Part shown: positions 24,331 through 40,030 of the stretch, in pieces
Layout: each line of letters starts with the position of its first letter
How positions within the stretch are numbered: position 1 is the stretch's first letter
Source: Octopus vulgaris
Lineage: Eukaryota
Length of the DNA: 64,000 bases
Assembly: GCA_951406725.2 (NCBI GenBank)
Contig: OX597817.1
Location: 104,222,001 to 104,286,000, forward strand
Reading direction: 5' to 3'
The notes under the pieces: generated by a model
What the model was told of the DNA's origin: nothing
Databases searched by the model: none
What the model saw: only the letters and a program-made list of their open reading frames with translations
Made by a program: the position numbers and the translations under genes

Positions 24331-24541
24331 GACAATGAATGCAATGTCAAAACGAGGAAACAAATCGACCTACCAGTCTTTGGTCAGCCCAAGTTATAGA
24401 AGATACTTGCCTTAGGCGCCAAGCAGTGGGTCTGAACCCAGAATTATGTGGTCGAGAACCAAACTCCTTACCACACAGCCACACCTACAACTATATATAT
24501 ATGTATGTATGTATGCATATTTATGTGAATGTGTGCGTGTG

Positions 24542-24582
<41 letters not shown>

Positions 24583-24804
24583 TCAATATAGGGTGGCAAA
24601 AAAATTTTTGTAGAATTCTTTTGCCACCAGCGGCCTAGTAGGAAAAAATTAAAATAGTCATAGACCATTTTTAAGTTCAACATCAACAATAAAGGAACGG
24701 CCATAATAGGCCATTCACCCACTAGAAATAACAGCCAAAGCTTCAACCGCAAATAAAAGTTAATTCAGTAAACCAGGAGAAAATTTAAAAACATTTACCC
24801 TGTA

Positions 24805-24911
24805 ATTTCTTATACGATATACCGTTTCATCTGCTGATTAATGGCAAACTAACCTGATTAAATTAAATCAAGCCAATCCTCCACAGGCCCTCAGATTCGT
24901 CAGTAAGAAAT
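24805..24911 (-). ncRNA. Type I hammerhead ribozyme motif (mirror copy)
   Basis: Reverse-complement copy of 24929-25035 in the left arm, with the core intact. Confidence 0.75.
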
Positions 24912-24928
24912 AGAAATAGCTATGGGCT

Positions 24929-25035
24929 ATTTCTTACTGACGAATCTGAGGGCCTGTGGAGGATTGGCTTGATTTAATTTAATCAAGTTAGTTTGCCATT
25001 AATCAGCAGATGAAACGGTATATCGTATAAGAAAT
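24929..25035 (+). ncRNA. Type I hammerhead ribozyme motif
   Basis: Stem I ATTTCTTA/TAAGAAAT; CTGACGA; stem II ATCTG/CAGAT with a ~58-nt insert; GAAAC-GGTATATC-GTA; predicted cleavage after 25027. Confidence 0.75.
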
Positions 25036-25123
25036 TACAGGGTAAATGTTTTTAAATTTTCTCCTGGTTTACTGAATTAACTTTATTTGCGGTTGAAGCT
25101 TTGGCTGTTATTTCTAGTGGGTG

Positions 25124-25169
<46 letters not shown>

Positions 25170-25269
25170 GCACACATACATACACACATACATACATACA
25201 TACATACATACATACATACATACATACATACATACATACATACATAGGCGCAGCTTTTCAAAATAAACA

Positions 25270-25900
25270 TTTTGTGATAATATTTTTGAGTTTAACCCAT
25301 CCTTTGATTTCGAAAGTTTCACCGTAGATGGCAAGATGAAAAATTTTCCACTGGTACACAGAGAATACGAACTATATTCTTCAGAACATGATTTGGGAAA
25401 GTCCGCCATTGAAAACTGTACGTTGAAATTTGTTATACTTTCATCTTCTCGATCCCATACATTAGCTAGAGCAAGGTCATGTGTCTTCCCTTATGATGCT
25501 TAATAGAATATACGTTATGTGTAAATCTGCTCCTGAAGTTGCAATCTGTTAAGCTTAAGCAAGCACGTTCGCTCTGGTCGGTCAAAACCTCTTAACGACT
25601 TTATGCCAACTTCTTGTTGAGGTATTTACCGTCTAGAGGACATAAATTAATTTTGGCACAGTTCCACTGGGGTTTGTTTGCTGAAGGAATGCTGTTGTAA
25701 TTTTCGTAGTTTCCTTTATTAACATTTTGGAGATCGCTAGTATAGCTGTAGCTAACTCTTAGAATTTTCTTATTCAAAATTTTATGGTAACGATGACAAA
25801 TAAGGCAGTACCCCCAAATCATAAGAAAGTTTTGAGTAATATTGGATACGGTGCTTTAGGTGAAGGGATAGTTAAATTAAATAATATTGCACTTGTACAC
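25270..25900 (-). mobile_element. Degenerate Penelope-like element C-terminus (GIY-YIG region)
   Basis: HKILNKKILRVSYSY (cf. KIFN..TVKVSYSC), WNCAKINLCPLDGKYL (cf. CNC...CPL.G.CL) and SLCTSGKFFI (cf. C.LC..EK..I). Confidence 0.6.
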
Positions 25901-26779
25901 CTTCTTTGGTTTTTAGAGATATTATTGGATAGTGTATTTATTCGGGAAATCCACTTTCCTTACAGTTGATGGTAGTGTAAATAAAATAAAAATTACTTCA
26001 ACAAGCAAAATGTTAAAGTTGTGTTGTGGTCGATCAAAGATATTTACTAGATTATCTAAGGCTATGGATGCGTTGAAGTTTGAGGTATTAAGAAGTGGCT
26101 TACAAACAGAAGGGTAATGTTTTATATGGAACCACTTTGGTATTGTAGAATTTTATCCCTCAATTTCTCAGCCCCTTTTTATTAATAGTTTGGAGTTTGA
26201 CAATAATTTTATCCCTACCGTACTAATGATTTTGATTAACTTTTTGATAAAGACAACATTGGAATAAAACATAATGGCAACGAGCTATTCAATGCGCCTT
26301 TGGGCTTGTATGACTAGATTTAGATTTGTCTGCTTTTTCTTAAAACAGGAGGCACCTTTAATTTTATTTTTATCGCCATCTCTCTTCGCTGTTGAAGAGG
26401 CAGTTAAAACAGATTTTTGTTGAGCACACAGATTTTTGATAAAAAAAATCTTTCTCCTGTTTTTGTGTCTTTCAGTTTTGGGTGTACCTCCTATAAAAGC
26501 TCCAACAAACCGAATGATTTGCAAAAAAAAGCCAACTAGTTAAAAAAAACACGGATTTTACTTTTGGTGACTAAAATAGACGTCTATATATGCATTGGTG
26601 TGTGCATGTGTGTATGTGTGTGTGTGTGCGCGCGCGCCCGCGTGTGTGCGTGTGTATGTGTTTATTTCCCACCTATTTAAATTGTTCCTGCTACAAGGTT
26701 GCAATGAACTAATGTCCAGTGTCATCTTTTGGAGATGACACTAGACATCTCTACTAAACTCTTTACTCAAGATTCACTG

Positions 26780-27720
26780 CCCACATATATGTAGATTCCA
26801 TTCTCTTTGCCACACGTTTCTCTCACCTGCATACCAAAAGCATTCAATTTATCTGCTTCTAAATATATCTTCCCCCCTCTAGCGCTGTCTGAATGCCTCC
26901 ATCTTCCAATAACTATTCGACTAAATCTCTTCTTGCAATGCACAAAACCATTCTTGGCCTTCACACTCGACCCATACTTGTGCTGCCAGGGCAGAAACTG
27001 AATCCTTCGCAATATCTTAGTCGCTAATTAATTTACTTTCACCTGATACACGCATCCCTTAACGGACACGCAGCCATTCTAATCACTAACCTCTATTGGT
27101 TGAAGTGTTTGTGATTGAAGTGTCGCCAAAGCATCACAGTCTCTGAATACTACGGTATATACCATCCCATGTGGTTCCTAAGGCACTTCAGGCCAGAGTT
27201 GGCAAGTTCTGAGTTAAGTATCCTTCGCAGTACAAAATACAAGCTCAAAGTTCTAAACCCTCTAAGTGATTCACTTTTGGCAGCGCTACAACAACCCAGC
27301 TGATAAAAAAAGAAAAAAGCATGGTTTTCATCGTTTGACAGAAAAGAGATAGCGCTGCAAACTGGATTGTTTCCATTGATCAACACATTCACCAAGTACC
27401 TATGATCAGAAACGCAAACTATGCCACCGTACATCGCATCGTCTGCAAACTACATCTGACCCTTCTACATGCTTACTAAAACGATATCTACCAACTCTGC
27501 GAAATTCCACTCCCTTAGACTTCTCTATTATCTTGTTCTGTAAGCTGTGGTTCAACAGAGAAAGCTTCCGCATGCGTCTTCCGCACTCCACATACACGCG
27601 CGCGCGCACTATGTAAGCCTCCAAAACTCAATCTCTTTCCACTCCACAAACTGAGTCACAAGTACCCATATACGTCAACTGTGAAAGTACGTCTGGTTGT
27701 CTCAAATCAACAAGGTCATC
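26780..27720 (-). mobile_element. Highly degenerate non-LTR retrotransposon remnant (tentative)
   Basis: Coding-like composition and VCVSDHRYLVNVLI resembling the RT thumb (KYLG) region. No intact diagnostic motif. Confidence 0.25.
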
Positions 27721-27754
27721 TACTCCTGAAAGTGTCCCAGAGCTGACACGTATT

Positions 27755-28860
27755 CTCGCCTTTCATTCTATCGGGATCGATAAAATAAGGAGCAGTTAAG
27801 CACTGAAGTTGATGTAATCGATTTACCCACCCGCCTCACACCTAAAATTGCTAACATTCTGTCAAGATTTAAAAGAATTACAAAAATCTTCAGAATCCTG
27901 ATATTCACACTACTTTGATTTTTCACAAAAATTTAGTTTTCCTTGACTTTATCTCCTGCTCCGACTTTGGAGCAGTCATCCCGAGTGCTTCATTATCAAC
28001 CTTTCTTTGCATAAAGTATAAATTATGAATATAGCTGATTTTGTGCTTAGATTAATTATTATTTCTGAGTTCAAATTCTGCGGAAGACGATTTTGCCTGT
28101 TATCCATTCGGGATCCAGTTGACTTAACCACTCCTCTTAAAATGGCTGGCCTTGTACCAAATTAGAAAAAAATATTATTACTAGTATCATTAAGTCTTAA
28201 CCAGGTAGCGAGCCGGCAGAATCGTTAGCACGCCGGGCAAAATGCTTCGAGGCATTTCGTTTGAGTTAAAATTCCGCCGAGGTCGACTTTGCCTTTCATC
28301 TTATACGGATCGATAAAATAAGTACTAGCTGAGCACTGGGGTCGACTTAACTCTTCCCCCAAAATTGCCAGCCTTGTACCAAAATGTAAAACCAATATTA
28401 AACCTTAACAAGGGTCTAGAGAATTTGTTCAATTTCAGTATAAGTATTTATTTTATTGATCTCAGTTAAATTTGGGACTAGAAATATTCTTTTCTACTCT
28501 AGGCACAGGGCCTGAAATTTTTTTTTTTTTTTTTTTTTGGTACACAATTTATAGACCACCCCAAAAGGATGAAAGGCATATCGACCTCGGCAAAATTTGA
28601 ACTCAGAATGTAAAGACAGACGAAATACCTAATTTTTTACTACCCACAAGAGGCTAAACACGAAGAGGACAAACAAGGACAGACAAACAGATTAAGTCGA
28701 TTATATCGACCCAAATGCGTAACTGGTACTTAATTTATCGACCCCGAAAGGATGAAAGGCAAAGTCGACATCGGCGGAATTTGAACTCAGAACGTAACGG
28801 CAGACGAAATACGGCTACGCATTTCGCCCGGCATGCTAACGTTTCTGCCAGCTCGCCGCT
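27755..28860. mobile_element. SINE family A cluster: three plus-strand copies and one minus-strand dimer (28490-28860)
   Basis: Family A motifs. Dimer linker at ~28631-28687. Confidence 0.85.
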
Positions 28861-29147
28861 TTTGGGACTAGAAATATTGAACTATAGTTTACTCGCAACA
28901 TTACAACTATGTTGTGTATCGTACCGGCATTATCACCGAGCTATGTAAGAACTTCTAACAAGGCACAAGTCCGTAATCCAGAGAAAGATATGTAACCGAT
29001 TGCAATATGTCTGCTGGCTTTCCCAATTAAGCACAAAAGAAGGGGCGTAAAAATTTGCGCCATTAGCTTGCTCTATATATTTTCCCCCTGATATTTTAGT
29101 ACAAAAATGGAGCAATTAAACGACAGTACATACATACATTCATACAA

Positions 29148-29214
<67 letters not shown>

Positions 29215-30114
29215 GTAGAAAAATACAACATGGACAAGAACGTATAACTTAGAAGACGACACAATAAACACGGACAGGACATTCGAAACCCTCAGTCTTC
29301 AGTCAAGAACCGGATCATCGTAGTAATTTCGGCTGATTAATCTTGAGATTACTAGATCACGGCCAGCCCTCCAAGAAAAACAAGCAACGAGCATTAGAAA
29401 AACTTCTGGAAGCGTAGATTTCCTGGAAGAAGGATCGAATGCATACGAACACCAGGACAGCAAAAGGGACAGATATAAAAACAAAAAACAATAATGGAAT
29501 ACAGAAACATGAAATACAGAAGCATTAAACGGTGAAAACAACGGTGTCTTACGACTGATAACAAGCAAACAAATTTTTTCTCTCTGGCGCAATGGAAAAA
29601 GCCTTTATAGTGGCGGACGAAAACAGCGATGTTAATATATATTTACACACATAGTAAGGGAGATGAAGAGGTTGTTTTTTTTAAAAAACACTCCCGTCTG
29701 TTATCAATCATTTGACATACATAATTCCACTTGTCTTCTTTTTTCTTCTCCCTTTTCTTTTTTTTTTTCTTGTTTACGTAACTACAAATTATCTACTTGT
29801 TAGCAAAAGACAATTATCTAAGGGCATAAAAGAATTGAGATTATATATAATATTCATATCCTGCAGGGAAACGTTAGTAGTGCAAATTAAATTTAATGGA
29901 AATTGAAACCGGGTCGCAGACATGGTTTGCTTACCAAAAGTAAAAAGTAAACAATATTGATTTCTCAAGCACAAAGAAAAGATTTGGAAAAATGAAGGAA
30001 ATGGGATGGTACAAGATTCATGTTTCCTCAATTTGCCGTTTAAGTGAACCCAGTTTAACTGTACTCAGAGTTTTAAACTTATGCCGGGATGTAACCAATA
30101 TTTAGCAAGATATT

Positions 30115-30985
30115 CTTTTTTACTCTAGGCACAAGACCCGAAATTTTGGGAGAGGGAGCCAGTCGATTAGATCGACCCCCAGTACGCAACTGACACTTAA
30201 TTTAATCGACCCCGAAAGGATGAAAGACAAAAGTTGACATCGGCGGAGTTTGAACGCAGATCGTAAAGACGGACGAAATGCTGCTAATCATAAGGGCCTG
30301 GCGTGCTAACTATTCTGCCAGCTCGCCGCCTTAAGAATACGTATAATATTACCCATTCAAAGATTAGCTATTGCAACATATCAAAGACTGGCTTCATGAT
30401 GAAGTAATTATCAGGCGTAACAGTTGCTCAAGCAATCAAGCTATATTATCTAAATATAGAAACTGAAATGTTAACGATAATGATTTCCTTTAACTAAGGG
30501 ATATTTTTATTTATTCATTATTTTCTTTTTGTGGGGAGGAAGAAAGGTGAAGCCTCAGGATCCGATTGAAACGAAATCGACCCTAGTCATGATTTAAAAT
30601 CAGCACGTCAAGGCGCCTAGTTTCAATACAGTATGTCATCCAAAGCCGGCTTCTCTGCTGCTTCCATCAGCTGCCAAGACGATTTGTAATTAGCTTATAG
30701 TGCACTGACACAGATCCGATGGCGGTGAGGAAAAATAGAAGTTTTACAAAGGCTTCCTAATATTGGTTTCAAATTTTGGCACGATTTTTTGACAGCAATT
30801 TCAGAGGAAGGGGCTAGTCGATTACATCGACCCCAGTGCTCAACTGGTACTTATTTTATCGACCCCCGAAGGGATGAAAGGCAAAGTCGACCTCAGTGGA
30901 ATTTGAGCTTGGAACATAAAGACGGACAAAATGCCACTAAGCATTTTGTCCGGCGTGCTAACGATTCTGCCAGCTCACCGCCTTA
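30115..30985 (-). mobile_element. Two SINE family A copies (30115-30332, 30763-30985)
   Basis: Both end CCAGCTC(G/A)CCGCC, the reverse complement of the SINE head. Confidence 0.9.
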
Positions 30986-32478
30986 AGGCTTCCTTATATT
31001 GATGCTCCAGAGTTTCCTTAATAACATCTCATATTTATAGATCTCAGTTGCTGATTGAATAGAACTATGAATAAAGCCCCGGACTTCGTTATCCTATATC
31101 CCATATTGGTTTAAGAGTGGTTTCTGCGACATTTAGCGACTATTTTTAGCGAGTCAAGCAACAACCACTTAGAAATTACTACATAGACTCGAATCGTGGC
31201 TGTTGACAACTGATGCAATTTCACGACAAATATTGACAAATTCTAGCTTATAATCATAGATTCCCATTTTTGATATGCGGTTAAAACACGAACTTTCACT
31301 AACATCTAACGGAACGGTAAAGCTCAGTCGCCGGTTTTCTAACGCTATCAATGTACATGTATGTGTACATGCATGTATGGACGTATGTATACGTCCATAC
31401 ATGCAAATGTGTATGTGTACATACATTTATATATATATATTATATATCTGTATATATATATATAATATGTATACGTAAATGTATGTACACATACATATAT
31501 ATCCATATATGAATGCTTATATATATAATTATAAGCACTCGAAAGTAGATGGATGGACTTGTGTACATATGTATGTACATATACACGTATTAACGTATAA
31601 TGTAAGTACAAAATATAAGCATATACATGTATATACGAGATGTTTGAATACGCGCATATACATATAAAACACAGATGAATAAATGAGCGTGTGTAAGCTG
31701 GCTTGTGTGTGTATGTGTGCGCGCACTTTTGTATGTGTGTGTTCGTGCGCACACGCTTGCATGTACGTATATCTATATACTGTATATCAATTCTCTGTTT
31801 GATGCTGAAATAACATAAACACAAAAAAGAAAGTTAATACTTGTTAGAATCATTTACAAAATTATATAAATTGCAAAACAAACGCATTTAAAAATAAGTG
31901 TGTCTGTGTGCGCGCGCGTGTGTGTAAACGACGTGAGAGAAAAAGAGACAGCGAAAGAGGGAAAATGATTGTATATATATATGAATGTGTAGAAGAAGCG
32001 AGAGAAAGAGAGAAGAAAGGAAAGACAAAGAGAGAGAAAGAGAAAAATGTAAAGAAAGTTAAAGAAAAGAGGAGACGAAATCTTAAAGTATTAAAAGTTT
32101 GTCCGGCAACAGAAAAGCCTAACCAAAAGCTAAACAAAAGAAATGAACTTTTTTTCCACATCCATTAGCACAAAATTTTGACTAATTAGAAATTTAAAAA
32201 AAAGAAAAAAAGTTACATAAATCCTAAATTTATTTGCATATGGATGCATGCTTGTGTTTATGGGATCTAAAAGCTTACCTTTGTCGCTTTTTGAAGTGTA
32301 ATTTGCTGTTGATAGTGGTTTAGTAAACACGACAGTGTTGCGCGATGTATGCAATGAGTGTTACAAGCGGTGTGATAACGTTTACTAAGAGTGCGTGTTT
32401 CGTTAAAAACGACTAAAACGTTAGAGAGCACACAAAACTTATCTGAAGCTTCTTCACCTTTTCTTTCTCTTTTTTTTT

Positions 32479-32499
32479 TACTACTACTACTACTACTAT

Positions 32500-32597
<98 letters not shown>

Positions 32598-32598
32598 T

Positions 32599-32636
<38 letters not shown>

Positions 32637-32790
32637 GTGCTGCTACTGCTACTACTACTACTAACAACAACAACAACACATCATATGATTGGAGTAGGAA
32701 TATCACTAATACCATCACCACGTATAATAACATTCATACGCTTCTTTTTCCTTAACGTTATATGTACACACATGCATATATGCATTCGTA

Positions 32791-32834
<44 letters not shown>

Positions 32835-32875
32835 CATACATACATACATACATATATATATATATACGTACATAC

Positions 32876-32910
<35 letters not shown>

Positions 32911-33473
32911 ATTATATATATATATACATATATATATATAATTATATATATATACATATATATATATAATTATATATATATGCATGTATGTATGTATGTG
33001 TATGTATGTATGTATGTATGTATGTATGTATGTATGTATGTATGTACGTATGTATGTATGTATCTGTTATGCATTACACACACGCGCGTGCACATGTGTG
33101 TATTCATGACCAGACATTAACTTTATTACTTCAAAAAAAAAAATATATATATATATATATATATGCACGCGTGTATGTATGTATGTATGTATGTATGTAT
33201 GTATGTATGTATGTATGTATGTATGTATGGATGGATGGATGGATGGATGGATGGATGGATGGATGGATGGATGTACGTGCGTATGTATGCATGCATGTTT
33301 GTATATATTTATGTATGTAAGTGGCTTTTGCTCTAAATAACACATCCACTCCACCCAACGCGTGCATTGAGTGCCCATTTGAAATATGGCCTTACCAGTT
33401 TCATACATATATACATACATACATACATGCATGCATAATTCACACACACACACTTACATAAGTGTCTGTGTGT

Positions 33474-33512
<39 letters not shown>

Positions 33513-33879
33513 ACATACGTGCGTAAGTTGTTTGCGCGAGTGCGGTTGTGTTTTTGTTTACGTTGGTCTAAAGACCGGTATTGTTGTTTACGTTATGCTG
33601 CTATCAGTTCTGCAACTTAGTAATTGGATAAAGAGAAATCGATAAAATAATCATCGGAGTAAAGTAATTGCAGGGAATGATATATGCTCGCCTGTATAAT
33701 AATAATATTCATCGAACGCTGTGCTATAGCATGGCCGCAGTTTAATTACTGAAACCAGTAAAAGATTCCCGCCATATACATACATTCATACATATATACG
33801 TATATGTATATATATGTGTGTGTATGTATGGATGGATATATATGTCTGTATATGTGTGTGTATATAAGTGTGTATGTAT

Positions 33880-33963
<84 letters not shown>

Positions 33964-34110
33964 ATATAGGTGTATATAGTTAGTTAATTAATTAGTTAGT
34001 TAGTTAGTAAGTGAGTGAGTGAAAGAGTGAGTGGGTGAGTGAGTGAGTGAGTGAGTGAGTGATTGAGTAAGTGAGTGAGTGGGTGAGTGAGTGACTAAGT
34101 GAGTGAGTTA
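32479..34110. repeat. Compound microsatellite field: (TAC)n, (TA)n, (TATG)n, (TGGA)n, (TG)n, (CT)n/(GA)n, (GAGT)n
   Basis: Directly visible. Confidence 0.95.
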
Positions 34111-34481
34111 ATTGCTTACATAGTTTGGTTTAGTTACTTAAGAGTCTGTATGATTTTATTTTATATACTGAGTGCCCTTGAGGCAAAATAAATTCTGACT
34201 AAAACAATTTCTCCCCGCCGAAGATATTAGCATAGCCATCATTCTCACCAATCCTCATCATCAGTCATCACCATCGTCATCATCATCTTCACCAGCATCA
34301 TCTTCACCAGCATCATCTTCACCAGCATCATCATCATCAATAGCAACAGCTGCACCAGCAGCATTTTCATCATCCCCCACCGACACCACCACCATCACCA
34401 TCACCACCTCGTCATCAACATCATTGTTTATTATTTAGCATGAGTCACTCTCTTATGAGCAAAGCAGAAATATTCATCGCT

Positions 34482-34541
<60 letters not shown>

Positions 34542-35215
34542 CTTCTCTCTCTCTTTCTCTTCTTCTCTCTCTCTCTTGTGTATATTGCTTTTCTCGGGTT
34601 CTTCGCGTCGCTTTCCTTCAGTATTTCTCTCAAACTTCTTTTATTTCGTTTTCTTTCTTCTTTCGTTTCGATCGTTGTTGCGTAACCAAGTCTGAGTTAT
34701 TATTATCCATCCTAAGTGATAGTAAATAAGTTCATGCTTGTGCTTCAGTTCCAATATAGACGTCATTGTACTACGTAAGATTGTTGTTGTTTTTTTCTTT
34801 TTTACTTTTCCACTAAATATAATCCACGTGTTAAAGGAATAGTACATATGTGGGTGTGTGCGTGTGAGCACGAGTTTGACAACACGTGCTTGCAGTTGTT
34901 GTTTAACCTCAAGATAGACTCGAATAACCCAGACCTATAAACGAAGCTGTTACATCCTCATCCATCTGTCCTTTTTTACTTTTTTTATTTTATTAATTTT
35001 TTATTTGTTATTTCATTAATTATTCAATCTTTTTTGAAGACGCTAGGATATGATTTGAGACGTGTGTGTGTTCATGTAAAGTGTATTAAGAATTATATAA
35101 TTAAAAGCATTCTGAATTTCTTTTCGTAAGGTTGCTTTTCTAGCTGGTCGGGCGATCACGCAAAGACGTCGTTATTCGCTCCCAGTTTGAATAAAGTATA
35201 TTCATGGCGTGTTGA

Positions 35216-36857
<1,642 letters not shown>

Positions 36858-37290
36858 TGAAAGCCTCTCGGGGAGTTCTTAATTACTGGTTATTCTTTAC
36901 TTGAAAGCAGGCAATAATAAATCACCAAAGGTTTCAAGTAGTACCTTCTCCTGTAACTCAAAAAGACAATATTCTCCTTAGAATGCGAGCTGTACCCAAT
37001 AATGCTGTCTTCTGGATCACCTGGAGCCTGACAGCAGCTCCAATATTCTTAATATGTTCTTCAAAGCCCTTGGAAACTGCTCCAGTTACCACTGGTATCA
37101 CCATTACTTTCCCCATGCCCCATAACTTTCCTATCTCGTCCCGCAGTGGCTGGTATTTCTCATTTTTTTCTGTTTCCTTACATTTCACCCTCGAATCGCC
37201 TGGTATGGCAGCATCCATTATCTTTACTTCATTTTCATTCTTATAGATAAGTACGGTATCTGGCTCTTTTAAGTCTCCTTTCTGCAATCA
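36858..37290 (-). mobile_element. Second R4/Dong-like 3' fragment (REL domain)
   Basis: EPDTVLI...MDAAIPGD...EKYQPLRDEIGKLW...VIPVVTG...IQKTALLGTARILRRILS. Confidence 0.85.
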
Positions 37291-37354
37291 ATTTCATCTT
37301 TATTCTTCAAGAACTGACTGTGCATTTTCTTGTCCTGTCAAATTTTCTTCATCT

Positions 37355-37425
<71 letters not shown>

Positions 37426-37519
37426 ACTTTCTTAAATTGTATTGGATCTACGGCTTTTTTCACTTTTAAGGTTCCCTGCATTATTACTGAATTCCCCAGA
37501 AGGCATTCACTAAAAGAAT

Positions 37520-37678
37520 TAAGGGCATGGCTGATCTCAATTATTTGAACCGCCTAGAAGCATTGAAACTCTACTCTCTCCAGCGCCGCTGTGAGCGATA
37601 CCTCATTTGCACGATGTGGAGAATATACCACCAGCATTGCCCAAACGACCTCAACATTAGTTTCAGAATTCATCCAAG

Positions 37679-37680
<2 letters not shown>
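37520..37680 (+). mobile_element. CR1-like LINE C-terminal fragment
   Basis: LNYLNRLEALKLYSLQRRCERYLI, typical of the CR1 ORF2 C-terminus. Confidence 0.7.
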
Positions 37681-37757
<77 letters not shown>

Positions 37758-38100
37758 TGTATGTATGTATGTATGTATGTATGTATGTATTATGCGGGGC
37801 AGCAGATACCGTTTATCTGTTTGCCTCTAATACGACCGTCTTAGTTGTTTACGACCGTATTCAATGACATCTCCTTAAAGGCATGAACGTGGGTATGTAT
37901 GTTCATGAGACCACAGGGAGGGGTGTATGTACGTCTATATATGTGTTTATGGCAACACGTATATACTTGCCCTTCTTCATTTTATCTTTTAATTTTTATC
38001 CTTTGTCACTTTTTATTTTTAATCTTTTATTATTTTACTCTATGTCATGTATTCACTATGAACTATAGCCAGACCCAGTAACAGGTTATAACCCGGATAT

Positions 38101-38396
38101 TGTATCCATTCTCAAATCTAAAATTGAAGGAGTAGGACGAGTAAAATTCAAGCTACATGCTTCTTAACTAGCTGATACTCTGACGTAATAGTTACTCAAT
38201 GAGAGGTGCTCAACTTAGCTAATCATCAGGCCAAGAACACCTTAATTACATGAAGGCTACATTGTAGCTAAGTTGAGCATCCGCCACCACCCCCGCTGAG
38301 TAATTATTACATCAGAAGGTCAGCTAGTTAAGAAACATATGTAGCTTGGATTTTACATGTTCCACTCCCTCAGTTTTGAATTTGGGGATGGATACA
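38101..38396. repeat. Imperfect inverted repeat, ~120-bp arms
   Basis: TGTATCCATTCTCAAATCTAAAATTGA...CAAGCTACAT...TTCTTAACTAGCTGA...GCTCAACTTAGCTA pairs with TAGCTAAGTTGAGC...TCAGCTAGTTAAGAA...ATGTAGCTTG...GATGGATACA. Confidence 0.8.
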
Positions 38397-38545
38397 AGAC
38401 AGGTGAGGGAACAACAAGCAGGTGTATTAGCTTGACGTTTCGAGCTTATGAGCAGGAATTAACGGTTCAGCGTGATGAAATACACATACACACACACAGT
38501 TATATAGATATATAAAAGTGTGTGTATGCATGTGTGTGTGTGTGT

Positions 38546-38587
<42 letters not shown>

Positions 38588-39648
38588 TAAACATAAAACG
38601 CCCAGACACTCTTATATATATACATATTTAACATAAACACATACACAGGCGTGTATGGAATCAAAATAACTTTGTTTTGTTCAAGAGAAAAATAATATTA
38701 TTTCAACTCAAACGAAAGAGTTCATTGAGACGAATATTTCTGGTCAAACCCCGTCTAAAAATATTAAGCATTAAAAAATTATGTTTTTTGCGATTTCATA
38801 TCAATTTTTATTACTCTGTTTGCATATTAAAATATGCACCTATTAAAACATACTAACATAAAAAAATTTCATTCATCAAAAAAATCTGTTTATTAATTAT
38901 TTAATTAGAATATAAAGTTATTTTATAATATAAATTGTTTTAAATATATATTTATTTGTAACAGATATGGTGCTGTTAATCCTTTGTTATTTTTAAATGC
39001 AAACAAAATTTCTAAGTTAACAAAATCTTTAAATAAAATAATAATAGAATCTTTAAATAAAATAATAATGGGGGGGGGCGAGAATGAAAAAGCGGGCACA
39101 AAACGTGCACACACTATTTGATTAACAATTTCAAAGATATATTTAGCAAATTCCAACTTCAGCAGCAATATTTTAGGTTCTTTTTCTTCTTGTCCTCTAC
39201 TTGTCCAGGTTCAATGCATAAGAATATTCTAGCACTCTGTCCCCGCATTTTCATTCTATTACTGCTTGTGGGCCGCAGCCATAAGTAGTTTAACTCATAT
39301 TTCTAGTGATATATGTGCTTGTAATACATACAGTCACAATTAGCGACGACTAAATTTTGCCTGTACAGTTTATATTGCACCAAGCTGCCCACATTAATGT
39401 TATACTATAAGACTTGGCATTTCGCTAAATAAGCCATAAATACATATGGCAAATATACATACTGACGGAGAGAATTAGCTGCTCCATGGGAGCAATGGAG
39501 GCACACTGTTGGCAATCTAGTGTTCTACTTTTGCTTCGGTCATGGGGCAGTTGTCTACACTGTCAGACTGTCAGCATATTTAAATGTGCCATTAAGTAGT
39601 TATAAGTGATTTAACTCTTACTTCTAGCAATATATATGGTTTAGTGAC

Positions 39649-39717
<69 letters not shown>

Positions 39718-39718
<1 letters not shown>

Positions 39719-40030
39719 GTGGTAAGAAACTTCCTTCTTAACCATATGGTTTCGGGTTCAGTCTCACTGCGTAGAACCTTGGGCAAGTATCTTCTACTTT
39801 AGTCTTGGACCTACCAAAACCATGTGAGTGGATTTGGTAGCAGGAAACTGAAAGAAGCCCCTCATATATATATATATATATATATATATGCGTGTATGTG
39901 TGTCTATGTGTGTGTCTTTGTATCTGTGTTTGTCCCCCATCATCGCTTGACAACCGGTGATAGTATGTTTACGTCTCTGTCACTTAGCGGTTCGGCAAAA
40001 GACCGATAGAATAAGTACTAGGCTTAAAAA
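39718..40030 (+). mobile_element. SINE family B
   Basis: GTGGTAAGAAACTT...GGGTTCAGTC...CCTTGGGCAAGT...GACCGATAGAATAAGTACTAGGC. Confidence 0.85.

Larger units (their letters stand above)
24713..25126. repeat. Near-perfect inverted repeat, ~200-bp arms, 13-bp spacer (PLE pseudo-LTR-like)
   Basis: Left arm 24713-24913, right arm 24927-25126. By eye I find one substitution and one 1-bp indel. Confidence 0.95.

Noticed and set aside
29200-29620. PLE pLTR-like segment with CTGAAGA/CTCAAGA...GAAA on the minus strand
   Set aside because: Could not fold a convincing stem II or III. Family assignment is unsupported without a search.
31908-32168. Lys/Arg/Glu-rich ORF
   Set aside because: Translation of a purine-rich low-complexity tract with no domain or splice support.
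34235-34425. His/Gln-rich coding-like (CAT/CAC/CAG) repeat
   Set aside because: Degenerate trinucleotide microsatellite without exon context.
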